From: Eledone cirrhosa
Taxonomy: Eukaryota
Reading direction: 5' to 3'
Length of the DNA stretch: 64,000 nucleotides
Assembly (NCBI GenBank): GCA_964016885.1
Contig: OZ024741.1
Coordinates: 402,442,001 to 402,506,000, forward strand
The notes beneath the pieces were generated by a model. The model was not told where the DNA came from. It worked only from the letters and a program-made list of their open reading frames with translations, and made no database searches. A program made the translations under genes and the position numbers. Within the stretch, counting starts at the first letter, position 1. The number at the start of each line of letters is the position of its first letter. This document shows, piece after piece, positions 15,241 to 27,689 of the stretch.

Positions 15241-15275
<35 letters not shown>

Positions 15276-15349
15276 ATATGTATGTGTATGTATGTATATG
15301 TGTGCGTGTGTATTTATTTATTTTTATGTATGTGTGGGGGTGTGGGTGT

Positions 15350-15388
<39 letters not shown>

Positions 15389-15510
15389 TATTTGGCTGTG
15401 CGTGCTTTTAATATATACGTATTTGCATGTGTATAATTGTTTAGCTATGTATGTATATGTGTGTTTACGTATTTATATGTGTGTGTGCGTTTATATTTTT
15501 ATATTTTTGT

Positions 15511-15554
<44 letters not shown>

Positions 15555-15764
15555 ATATAATTACATATACATGTGTGTGTTTATATTATATACGTGTACG
15601 TGTTTGTGTATGTACGTGTTTATGTATTTGTATATGTATATTTATGTGTGAGAGTGTGTGTATGTGTTTACTATTTCGTACGTATGTATATGTGCTTTTG
15701 TGTGTATTACTTACCACGCGTGTCTGTCCTGTTAGCTGGGGCATGTATCGCTGTCAAAAATTTG

Positions 15765-15938
15765 TTAATATATATTTATATATTTTTTTCTTATATTTAT
15801 TTGCGTGTGTGAATATGTAGTGGAGTGCATTCATATATGTGTATGTATGTACGTTGTATGTTTGTGTGAATGTATGTATGTGTATATATATATGTGTGTG
15901 TATGTGTATGCTTGTACACACACATGTGTGTGTGTGTA

Positions 15939-15978
<40 letters not shown>

Positions 15979-15998
15979 TGTATATATATATGTGTGTA

Positions 15999-16033
<35 letters not shown>

Positions 16034-16477
16034 ATGTATGAATGTATGTATGTGTATATGTGTGTATATATGTGTATGTGTGTAGGTGTACGCTTTATAT
16101 ATATATATATATATATGTGTATATGTATATGTGTATGCGTACATTTATATATATGTATATATGTATGTGTGTGTAAGTATGCTTTTGTGTTTTTTTTGTG
16201 TGTGTTTGCATGTGTAGTTTTATTTTATTTTTCCTTTCCTTCTCCCTTTTCCAGCCTCACTTTCATATAGATTGCATTTTTGTTTTTAGAATCCATATTC
16301 AATAAACAAACCAGGATTTTTCATTCTGAGGATTGAAAGCAAAACCTTTTGCTTTTAAGAAACCACTGGTAAATGGAATAATTGCCTTATGTTGTTTATT
16401 ACATAATAATAATAATTAAGCTCTGTTGCATACATAGAGCACTCTTTTTTCTTGGACTTTTCCGATGGAATTACTTC

Positions 16478-16480
<3 letters not shown>
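15765..16480 (+). mobile_element. Penelope-like terminal repeat (direct orientation) with hammerhead and 3' extension
   Basis: Inverted partner of 9802-10362; continues ~65 bp further before ending in (TA)n. Confidence 0.8.
16319..16378 (+). ncRNA. Type I hammerhead ribozyme
   Basis: TTTCATT/AATGGAA stem I, CTGAGGA core, 12-bp stem II, GAAA, ACC..GGT stem III, GUA triplet. Confidence 0.88.
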
Positions 16481-16520
<40 letters not shown>

Positions 16521-16650
16521 ATATATATATATATATATATTTATTAAAATAACAGATTAAAGTTTAAGCAAAGAATCGCTGCTTTCACCCTTAACTATAT
16601 ACAATATATATATATATATACAATATATATATACAATATATATATATATA

Positions 16651-16687
<37 letters not shown>

Positions 16688-16728
16688 ATATATATATATA
16701 TATATACAATATATATATATATTTATAT

Positions 16729-16809
<81 letters not shown>

Positions 16810-17233
16810 ATATATATACAATATATATATATATATATATACAATATATATATATATATACAATATATATATATATATACAATATATATATATACAATAT
16901 ATATATATATATATACAATATATATATACAATATATATATATATATACAATATATATATATACAATATATATATATATATACAATATATATATATATATA
17001 TATATACAATATATATATATATATATATATACAATATATATATATATATATACAATATATATATATATATATACAATATATATATATATATATATACAAT
17101 ATATATATATATATATATACAATATATATATATACAATATATATATATATATATACAATATATATATATATATATACAATATATATATATACAATATATA
17201 TATATATATATACTATATATATATATATATACA

Positions 17234-17264
<31 letters not shown>

Positions 17265-17300
17265 ATATATATATATATATACAATATATATATATATATA
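16481..17300. repeat. (TA)n with CAA interruptions, containing a ~55-bp fragment also found at ~35071-35127
   Basis: tatttattaaaataacagattaaagtttaagcaaagaatcgctgctttca at ~16538 and ~35071. Confidence 0.9.
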
Positions 17301-17500
17301 NNNNNNNNNNNNNNNNNNNNNNNNNNNNNNNNNNNNNNNNNNNNNNNNNNNNNNNNNNNNNNNNNNNNNNNNNNNNNNNNNNNNNNNNNNNNNNNNNNNN
17401 NNNNNNNNNNNNNNNNNNNNNNNNNNNNNNNNNNNNNNNNNNNNNNNNNNNNNNNNNNNNNNNNNNNNNNNNNNNNNNNNNNNNNNNNNNNNNNNNNNNN
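17301..17500. other. Assembly gap (200 N)
   Basis: Run of n. Confidence 1.
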
Positions 17501-19111
17501 AAACAAACTTTGATGTCGCCGAATTGGGTACATTTGTTCAAACGAATCTTCCCAAATTGCTACCAGAACAACGCATAGTATATGACCAAATTATGCAGGC
17601 AATTATAAGTCAAAGCGACGGATTGTATTTTATAGATGCGCCCGGTGGTACAGGCAAAACTTTTCTCATTTCACTTATTTTGGCAACTATACGATCAGAA
17701 AATAATATTGCACTGGCAATCGCATCATCTGGAATTGCGGCAACTCTTTTAGATGGTGGCCGAACAGCACATTCAGCCCTGAAATTGCCATTGAATATGC
17801 AAATCGCTGAGACATCAACATGCAATATTACCAAAAGTTCTGGTATAGGTAAAGTACTCCAATCATGTAAAATCATTATATGGGACGAATGTACTATGGC
17901 GCACAAAAAATCATTGGAAGCGCTTAATAATACGCTAAAAGATTTGAAAGGAAATGAACAGCTCTTCGGTGGCACACTCATTTTATTGTCTGGTGATTTT
18001 CGACAAACTCTACCAGTTATACCGCGATCAACACCCGCTGATGAGCTTAATGCATGTCTCAAATCATCAGTTTTATGGCGACACGTACAGAAATTAACTT
18101 TAAAAAAAATATGCGTGTACAACTACAAAATGACGCATCCGCTGAACGTTTCACAAAACATTGCTGGATATTGGGAATGGGAAAATGGTAATCGATGATT
18201 CCACAAAATGTATCACATTGCCAACAAACTTCTGTAGAATCACGGCAACCAGAGACGAACTGATTCACAAAGTGTTCCCAAATATTGCGCAGCATTACAA
18301 AAATCACCAGTGGCTCAGTGTACGTGCTATATTAGCAGCCAAAAACACCGATGTCAATGCCATTAATTTCAGCATTCAAAACGAAATACCGGGCGAAGCG
18401 ACAACGTATAATTCCATCGATACTGTAATGAATCAAGACGAAATTATCAATTATCCAATTGAATTCTTGAATTCACTTGATTTGCCAGGCATGCCACCGC
18501 ACATTTTAACATTGAAAATTGGCGTGCCTATCATCCTTCTCCGAAACATCAATCCACCACAACTTTGCAACAGTACCAGACTTTCAGTGAAAAAGACGAT
18601 GAACAATATCATCGAGGCTACAATTTTAAATGGAAAATTTAAAGGAGAAGATGTACTCTTGCCACGCATCCCAATCATTCCAACAGATACGCCATTCGAT
18701 TTCAAACGTTTGCAGTTTCCGGTGCGACTAGCCTTTGCAATGACTATCACCAAAGCACAAGGACAATCGCTACAAGTGTGTGGACTAAATTTAGAAAATC
18801 CATGCTTCTCACATGGACAGCTGTATGTGGCTTGCTCACGCGTCGGTAAACCTTCTGATTTATTCGTGTACGCACCAGAAGGAAAAACAAAAAACATTGT
18901 GTATCCAAAAGCACTTCAGTAAAACAAATTAAATGTTCTTATAACGAATTTTCTTTAAATTCGTCAGTCATTCAGTCATTTAAAGATAAATGTTAAAATC
19001 TAAAAAATAGAAACTAAATTACAGAAGTTTTTAAATAACGATTAAAACGTTAATATTATTCTTTTCTAAATAAGCTTTTTAACACTGAGCGAAGCCGGGT
19101 AGCTCCGCTAG
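17501..19111 (+). mobile_element. Helitron 3' portion: Pif1-family helicase of RepHel, frameshifted, with 3' terminus
   Basis: DAPGGTGKT, SSGIAATLLDGGRTAHS, IIWDECTM, GDFRQTLPV, RLQFPVRLAFAMTITKAQGQ, HGQLYVACSRV, TKNIVYPKAL; GC-rich subterminal stem gagcgaagccggg, then CTAG followed by T at 19108-19112. Confidence 0.93.
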
Positions 19112-19419
19112 TACTAAATATAAGAGCATCTGTAGAACAACAGGGTCTCCTAAATCTTTTAAATGATTTCTGCTAAATAAGTTTTGTTGAATAATTTTTG
19201 GTTTTTTGTTTGCTTTTTGATTCTGATTGCTTCTAATGAACTTGGCAATATATTGTCAGATAAATTGGAAGGGTAGATTTCTGTGGTTGATATGGGGGGC
19301 ATACTGTGTTTTTTACGGCCCTAGATACTCTAGGGAGTGATGAAAATATTCTTAACGTTTTGATATCTCTGTGCCGATATATTAATATCTGTTGTCTCTG
19401 TGCAAAGGCCATATGTATT

Positions 19420-20795
19420 AATATGAATATGGAATGATTACAGAGTATATTCTATTTTATCTGTTTATTTTATCTGTCCATGTACATATATGTGCGCACG
19501 CATATATATATATATGTATGTGTGGCTATAGTTCTGGATATGTTACAGATATGCATAATATTCTATACATGAACGATAATCATGTATGCGAGGGCAGGAA
19601 TGTTAATATTAATATATATTTTTTATGTATATATATGTATGTATATATATATATAGTAAAATCTTTTATAACACAAGGGAAAATTTTTTTTTTTTTTTTT
19701 CCCTGTGAAATAAGAAATTACAGAGTTGATCAGGTAAGATCACGGGTATGTCTATAGTGTCAACTAGAACTTGAGATGACCTTCTCTTTTTCTTTTTCTC
19801 TTTCTTTCCTTTTCCGGAAAGTACATATATACTTATGTATTTCCGTATTTTTTGAAGTTTTATCTCAGTTTTTGGTACATCGACCTAAGAATTTTTAAAC
19901 TAAACATATGGTCATTATTTTTCACAAATATATCTATGTCTCATTCATGAATATTGATATTTACATTATAATACCCAATTCATATGAATTGATATTTCAA
20001 ATTGATAGGACATAACGTAAAGTTGTAAATCTATCATCCTTCTCTCTTGATATAGCTCTCTCTTCCCCTCCCTCTTTATACATGATGAAATTTAAGTATC
20101 GGTTATTTTAACTTTGCCTCTCGAGCTTCTCTCTTGTGTTCTCTCTCTTACTTCTCTCCTATTTCTCTCACCTCCCCATATATATTTATTATTATTTGGT
20201 CTACCTCTTTTTCTCCCCACCTCTATCTTTCTCTACCTCTCTGTTTTCTTTTTATTTATTTTTTATTTCCCTCCGTCTCCTTAACACTATAACTAAATAA
20301 ATAAATAATTACAGTACTCCCTCCCTCCTAAATCTCTCAATCTGTATGATGAATTATTATTATTCATCTGTTGCCTCAGCTGCCTCTCATTTTTCACCTC
20401 CTCACTATTTCTCTCTCCCCTATCTCTCTCTATCTCTCTCTGTTTTTCTTTACATACATTTCTTCCTTTTCTCCGTCTTTCTTTCTAACTGTGCTTAACA
20501 CTAAATATTTATAAACATCTCACTACCAAACCAACTTCTCACATGAAAGTTGATCAATATTTATGGTACGTCAAATTTATTTATAAAACTGCTTATATAT
20601 TGTATTTTATCTGAAGAAGGCATGCCATATTTTTAATATGGTATCCCTGAAATATGTATAATGAAATAAATATGGTTTTATAAATATAGTTTCCATTTGT
20701 TTAATATCGTATATCTACTCCAAAACTTGTTGAGTGCTTTATATCAGTTATAAAATATTTACTTGTTGTAACCCAACAATTTTAAATAAAACTTT
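19420..20795 (+). mobile_element. Probable Penelope-like 3' UTR/pLTR remnant
   Basis: Pyrimidine-rich UTR-like tract similar in style to 14040-15240, ending in a hammerhead and then (TA)n; left boundary uncertain. Confidence 0.45.
20603..20668 (+). ncRNA. Type I hammerhead ribozyme
   Basis: TATTTTAT-CTGAAGA-AGGCATGCCATATT-TTT-AATATGGTATCCCT-GAAA-TATGTA-TA-ATGAAATA. Confidence 0.85.
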
Positions 20796-20826
20796 TGCAT
20801 ATATATATATATATATATATATACTG

Positions 20827-20916
<90 letters not shown>

Positions 20917-21008
20917 TTTATATGTCTATTGTATTACCTTCATCTATATTTACATAATTTTTTTTGCATTTCTTCATGAGACTTTCCAAATATTTAGCTA
21001 TGTTTTAT

Positions 21009-21086
21009 ATTGCCTCGTCCGACGAACGAATGAAGACGTTTCTTTCGTATTCGCCTTATTCGGGAAACCTCTGGTAATGAGGTAAT
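21009..21086 (+). ncRNA. Hammerhead ribozyme motif with variant core (CCGACGA) in a short pLTR-like insert (~20915-21180)
   Basis: ATTGCCTCGT/ATGAGGTAAT stem I, CCGACGA, CGAATGA../..TTATTCG stem II, GAAA-CCTCTGG-TA. Confidence 0.72.
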
Positions 21087-21177
21087 TATATTGTATTGTT
21101 TATTATACATTAAATTTCGCTCTGGTACTTACATAGAGCACTCTTGACTTTTTCTGTTTTCAACGGAAACTTCAATA

Positions 21178-21216
<39 letters not shown>

Positions 21217-21233
21217 TATATATATATATATAT

Positions 21234-23966
21234 AGACTGTATTCAGTCTAACCAACAACCTAATAGTAGTTGGGCTCTATAGGCCACCCCAAACGCTTCT
21301 ACCATGCTTCAAGGAATGCCTTAACAGCATAAAGTGTTTCATCCAAGAGTGTCACCCTGACAACATCTTAATGATGGGGGACTTCATCCTCCCCGGAGTT
21401 GACTGGTCCACAAACAGCCTGCCACCAAGTTCTTCTGCCTCAACCTCTGACAGGGAAGCAGTGGAATCGCTTCTTGACTTCCTGTCTCAACTGGTGCTCG
21501 AACCAACGAGGTGCCACAAAAACGTCCTAGACTTAATTTTCAGCAATCACACTGACACTATCCACAATATTGCAGTGGAGAAAACTCTACTCTCTGATCA
21601 TGACATGGTTCTCTGTGATCTGAGATTCCACTGTCCAATATACAAACCCAATGTCATCTCTCCTGTCCATCCTTTTGACGCTATGGATTTCCACAATGCA
21701 AACTGGGAAGCGATCAGTCATGATCTTGCACATGTCGACTGGTCCTTCACGCACACTCACACACCCACTAACATCAAAAAGTCCTGGCAGACATTTGTGG
21801 ACACTGTTACAAACATATGTGCAAAACACACCCCATTAAGAACTATAAACAAATTTAAGAGCAGAATCCCTAGAAATAGAAAAACGCTCATCAGGAAAAT
21901 TAAGAGAACTAACAAAAAATCAACAAGCTGAAATACTGTCAGCAGCAACACATCAACTTGACTGCCATTTCATCACTAGAGATTAAAAAACATAACCTCC
22001 AAAACAATATGATGTCTATCATCAACAATCAGAGAAGAGCTGAAGAGGCCTGGGCCATTGAGAAGATCAAACTCAATCCCAAAGTGTTCTTTTCATTTGC
22101 AAAAAAACACAAAATCACTGACTCTACTGTTGGCCCTCTAATTGATGAAAATGGCACTCTTCAAGACAATGCTAAAACCATGGGTGAGATACTGCAGAAA
22201 CAATACTGCTCTGTTTTCAACAATCCTGATATGGCCGATCTGGGCTGTATTGGCGATGTTACTCCCCATTACACCTTATCGGACATAACGTTTGGCGCCC
22301 CTGATGTCTTAGCGGCAATAAAGGAAATCAAGCATAATTCAGCTGTAGGTCCCGATAGGTTCCCTGCTTGTGTCTTGAAGGCGTGTCAACACCAATTTGC
22401 ATCTCCTCTTGCCAATCTGTGGCGGAACTCACTGGATGCTGGATATGTGCCAGAAAACCTTCTATCCCAGTCTGTTGTCCCAGTTTTCAAAAAAGGAAAC
22501 AAATCCCTTGCCGTGAATTACCGTCCAATCTCACTCACCTCTCATATCATTAAGGTATTTGAGAGAGTGGTGAGATCGCGAATGACTCACTTCCTCGAGA
22601 GTAACAATATGCTGAACTCCAACCAGCATGGATTCCGTAATGGAAGGGATTGCCTGACGCAGCTACTGCATCACTTTGATGACATTTTGAGAGCCTTGGG
22701 AGAGGGTTCCAACACTGATGTTATCTACCTTGATTTCAGCAAGGCCTTTGACAGGGTTGATCACAAATTCTACTGAGAAAGCTGTCCAATATTGGTGTCA
22801 CTGGAAAGCTGCTGCAGTGGATCAAGAGCTTCCTGTCAAACAGAACCCAACATGTTGTAGTCGAAGGAGTCAAATCCAGCCCAGCCAAAGTCAGTAGTGG
22901 GGTCCCACAAGGCACTGTGTTGGGCCCACTTCTCTTCATCATCTATATTAATGACATCACTGACATCATCAAACACAGCAACATTAGAATTTTCGCTGAT
23001 GATTCCAAGCTCCAAAAGGTCATCAATGGCATGGATGACCGGATAAGCCTTCAGTCAGACCTACTGGCTGTTACCCAATGGGCGGAAAAGAACAACATGT
23101 TACTGAACGAAGACAAATTCGAACTGATCCACTTTGGAAAAGAGGGTGCTCTGAAACTCCCGTACGCCCTTCCCTCCGGTGAAACTCTCGTGGCATCTAA
23201 CAACATCAGAGACTTGGGAGTAACCGTGGACAGCAACATAAGCTGGGCCACGCATATAAGCAGCGAAGTTGACATGGCCCGCAAAATGTGTTCCTGGATC
23301 CTCAGAACCTTCCAGTCGAGAGATTCCCACACCATTATCCTTCTCTTCTCCACTTTTGCCCGACCACACCTTGAATACTGTTGTCCACTGTGGTCTCCCC
23401 ACACGAAATAAAGTATCATGAAACTTGAAGCTCCCCAAAGGGCAATCACGAAAAAGATAGATGGCATGTCAGACCTTGACTACTGGGGTCGACTAGAAAA
23501 GCTGAAACTTTACTCACTCCAACGTCGCCGTGAGCGTTATATTATCTGCATGATGTGGAAATTGTTTCATCAGCACTGCCCAAATGATGTTGGCATCACC
23601 TTCAAAATACACCCAAGGCTTGGGCCCCGTGCTGTCCATCCCAAACAAAAATCAAAATCGCAACTCATTACAACAATACGGCACAATTATTTCACCTCAA
23701 TTGGCCCTGCTCTCTTCAACATCACACCAGGACACGTCAAAACAGAAACTGACAACACAAAATTCAAGAAGTCTTTGGACAAATTCCTCCAAGTAATCCC
23801 GGACAAACCACCCACACCCGGATATGTCTCCGCAAACAGTAATTCTCTTCTCGAATGGGCCATGGTGCCCAAATCCTGAATTGAAAGACTTCGCCAGGTG
23901 GTGCTATTAAGTTAGACATGGCCTGGGCCAATACTGGCCAAAACATTTCAAAGTTATTCAAAGTTA
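21234..23966 (+). mobile_element. CR1-like LINE, 5'-truncated ORF2 (APE-RT), several frameshifts and stops
   Basis: YRP, MGDF, VLDLIFS, SDHD, NYRPISLTS, QHGFR, DFSKAFDRVDH, SGVPQGTVLGPLLF, FADDSKL, RPHLEYCCPLWSP; 3' hairpin ggcca-atac-tggcc and short tandem tail ttcaaagtta x2. Confidence 0.92.
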
Positions 23967-23970
23967 TATG

Positions 23971-24031
<61 letters not shown>

Positions 24032-24054
24032 ATATATACATATATACATATATA

Positions 24055-24663
24055 TGGCGGCTGCCAACTCGTTTTCGAGTACGGCCACTACTTTATATCC
24101 ATGTAGGAGAACCCCTACCGATGCGCTGAACGAATGTGACTTTTTAGTCCAGCCAGCGACTTGAAAACTCTGGTACAAAGACTACACTTGTGACCATTAT
24201 TGACACATAGTGCAGGGCCCATGGTACCATGTGATGACAAGTGCAGAGAGATCTCCAGATATAAAGCAATGCCTGTGCTGTGAAGCTTTTATAGTGAGCA
24301 AAGGCACTGCACAAAGCCAGTCCCACTCTCTTAACCAAGATGATATTTACCAAAAAGAAGAACAAGTCAACATCATTGGATACCATCAGGGTTGCAGGTG
24401 TTATATCAGAGTTTTCCTTCTCCTAGAATTCTGCCTTGACAAAGGCTAAGGGGTCATCTCTCCCGGTGATTTTGGATGGCTATTGAGTCTTAAGAGCTCC
24501 CTTGCCCTTTGACAGGTTTTGTTTTTAGTCCTGCAGGATGTCCAAAGTCACCCTCCTCACCAAGAAACCTTGGTGGGGTTGCCAGTTTAGTCGCCAACGA
24601 CCCGACCATGAGACAGGTTGTACTGGGATACATGTTACCAGTAGCACCAACTGGTGACCTGAC
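24055..24663 (-). mobile_element. ~600-bp non-coding interspersed repeat, copy 1
   Basis: Highly similar to 32040-32620; both are bounded by (TA)n; orientation is inferred. Confidence 0.75.
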
Positions 24664-24736
24664 ATATATATATATATATATATATATACAGTATATATAT
24701 ATATATATATACAGTATATATATATATATATATACA

Positions 24737-24770
<34 letters not shown>

Positions 24771-24950
24771 TATACGGATTAACAAATAATAGTTAAATGC
24801 AGTCCACTTAGGTGAAGTCCAGTTATGGTATTCCAGGTAGTGGATGATATTAACGCTTGGCTTGGTTTGACTCAACAAGGCGTTTTCATAGTGATGCTGC
24901 GGGTATGCCGTAATTCCTATGTTGTAAACACTTGGAGTAATAATAAATCC

Positions 24951-25088
24951 GGAAAGAAGGTTTACATGGTTTGCTATACAAAAAAGTTTTTAATCACATA
25001 GCTTACATTTGTTTCAATGAAGTGAAACAAATGTAAGCTATGTGATTAAAAACTTTTTTGTATAGCAAACCATGTAAACCTTCTTTCC
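24951..25088. repeat. Perfect palindrome: 66-bp arms, 6-nt spacer
   Basis: 24951-25016 is the exact reverse complement of 25023-25088; spacer atgaag. Confidence 0.97.
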
Positions 25089-25103
25089 TGATTTATATAT
25101 ACA

Positions 25104-25177
<74 letters not shown>

Positions 25178-25244
25178 CTGTATATATATATATATACTGT
25201 ATATATATATATATATATACTGTATATATATATATATATATATA

Positions 25245-25278
<34 letters not shown>

Positions 25279-25313
25279 TGTATATATATATATATACTGT
25301 ATATATATATATA

Positions 25314-25365
<52 letters not shown>

Positions 25366-25389
25366 TGTATATATATATATATATTTCAT

Positions 25390-25568
25390 GGTAAACACTT
25401 TATTTCACACAATTATCTCATATAATAGCAAATCTACAGGATTTCGATATTATTTATTTTGAGAACAATAGTTTAACATAAGTATGAGCAGCCTGTTATG
25501 GCCAGTTTGAATAGAAAGAGGTGAGAGAATGCTGACCAGACAGCTGGTTTAAATTCTAAATGGTAAAT
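25390..25568 (+). mobile_element. Partial, degenerate copy of the TTAA MITE at 38506-38778
   Basis: Shares tttattttgagaacaa..taagtatgagc..gaatagaaag..gtgagag..ggtttaaat.ctaaa.gg. Confidence 0.65.
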
Positions 25569-26021
25569 ACATTTTCCCACATAAGAATCATGATGTGACT
25601 GATAGTGTTGTATAGATGATGATGGTGGTTTATATTATACTGTATATATTTCTAATGAAATGGAATGTTTATTCTCACAGACGCTTGATGAATAGAACCC
25701 TCCCATATTTGAATTTTGCATCATATTTCATGTAGCTAACACTGTCCATCTCCCTCCCTACTATGCTATCCCTTTGTTTCCCACCTCCCACTCATATTCA
25801 TAATTTCTCTTCCTTCAGTCTCCTGATCATGATTCCGTATCAAATCCTACTCTTGGATACATTTACCTTGAAGGAATGGTCATGACAAAAGGTGGAGAGA
25901 ATTCTTTTTGTCTTCTAGGAGACACCATAACTTCTTAAATGTTGGTGTCATAATAAAACACAGCCAGCACACCCTGTAAAGTGGTTGATGCAGAGAAGGT
26001 TCTAAAGTTTTGCTGTGAGCA

Positions 26022-27607
26022 AACGACGATGGCACACTTGCCATCACCGACGCTGATAAGAAGGTAGCTTGGAAGTGTCACTATGAAAGGCTACTAAATG
26101 AGGAGAATAATTGGGAGAAAGGCAGTCTCCCCCATATCGACCCAATAGAGGGACCAGCAGTGTTAGTCGAGGGGAGTATAATAAGTAAGGCAATCAAGGA
26201 TATGAAGACTGGTAAGGCGGCTGGGCCTTCGGAAATAGTTGCTGAGATGCTGAAGGCATCTGGCACGGTGGGACACACCATGGTCACCCGCATAGTTAAC
26301 CAAGTCGTACAGAATGGGGTTGTTCCGAAGGACTGGCATAGCAGCATCATCGTTAACTGTTATAAGGGTAAAGGAGACGCCCTAGATAGGAGTAACTATA
26401 GAGGCATTAAATTAATCGACCAGGTCATGAAGGTCACGGAAAAAGTAATAGCGCAACTAATCAGAGAGAGAATTGACCTAGATGAAATGCAGTTCGGGTT
26501 TGTGTCAGGCAAAAGTACCACAGACGCTCTTTTCATAGTACGACAACTACAGGAGAAGTACCTAGCTAAAGGTAAACCCCTCTACTTAGCTTTTGTCGAC
26601 TTGGAGAAAGCCTTCGACAGAGTCCCCCGCTCCATTATCTGGTGGGCTCTTAGAAAACTAGGCGTTGACGAATGGCTTGTGAGGGCTATACAAGCCATGT
26701 ATAAAGAAACAGTCAGCAAGGTTAGAATTAACAACGAATATAGTGAAGAGTTTAGCGTAAAAGTTGGCGTCCATCAGGGCTCTGTTCTCAGTCCACTACT
26801 ATTTATTATTGCCCTTCAGGCTATAACAGAGGAGTTCAAGACAGGCTGCCCATGGGAACTCCTATACGCAGACGACCTGACACTCATAGCGGAATCAATG
26901 GCCGAGCTAGAGAAGAAATTCCAAACATGGAAGCACGGCCTAGAGTCAAAAGGACTTAAAATTAACCTGGCTAAGACCAAAGTACTAGTTTGTAGGAAAG
27001 AAAACAAGGCGGCGGTCCCTTCTGGGAAATGGTCGTGCTCGGTGTGCAGGGCAATAAAGATAGACGGTAGTCACGGAATAGGCAGACCTAGAAAAACCTG
27101 GGACGAGCTGATAAACTCCGACATCACACACTTACACCTCTCCAAGACAATGTCACTGGACCGAGACCTTTGGCGGTACTCAGTAACAGAGAAGACCCGC
27201 CTTACCTAAATATACAGTAAAACCTACTCCAGCCAGTAGGCATCTCTAACAAAATACACCCCGTCCCACCACCACCACCCCCACCCGATCCACACCACCC
27301 CGGTCTATGTAAAGTTATGTTGGTGCCGCGCCATCGAGGCCGAAACAAATGAGATCGTGTAGGTGTCACGACAAAAAAACACACAGTCCACGCTGTAATG
27401 TGGCCGTGTAGGCAACACGGTAAAAACCTCCCAGACCCACACTGTAAATGTGGTTGGTGTTAGGAAGGGCATCCAACTGTAGAAAACCTGCCAGACAGTC
27501 CTATGCGAGCAAGACAATCACTCTTGCCTCAAGTGGGACTACCCCCGTCCAAACCCATGCAAGCATGGAACACGGACGTTAAACGTTGATGATGATGATG
27601 ATGATGA
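26022..27607 (+). mobile_element. RTE LINE subfamily 1 (copy C), 5'-truncated, 612-bp internal in-frame deletion
   Basis: ORF 26160-27209 nearly identical to copies A/B but joins CSVCR directly to AIKIDG; non-duplicated 3' UTR; (GAT)n tail. Confidence 0.93.
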
Positions 27608-27633
27608 TATATATATATATATATATATATATA

Positions 27634-27671
<38 letters not shown>

Positions 27672-27689
27672 TGTATATATATATATATA

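Noticed and set aside
17524-18922. Host PIF1 helicase gene
   Set aside because: Intronless, frameshifted, with a Helitron-type C-terminus and CTAG 3' terminus
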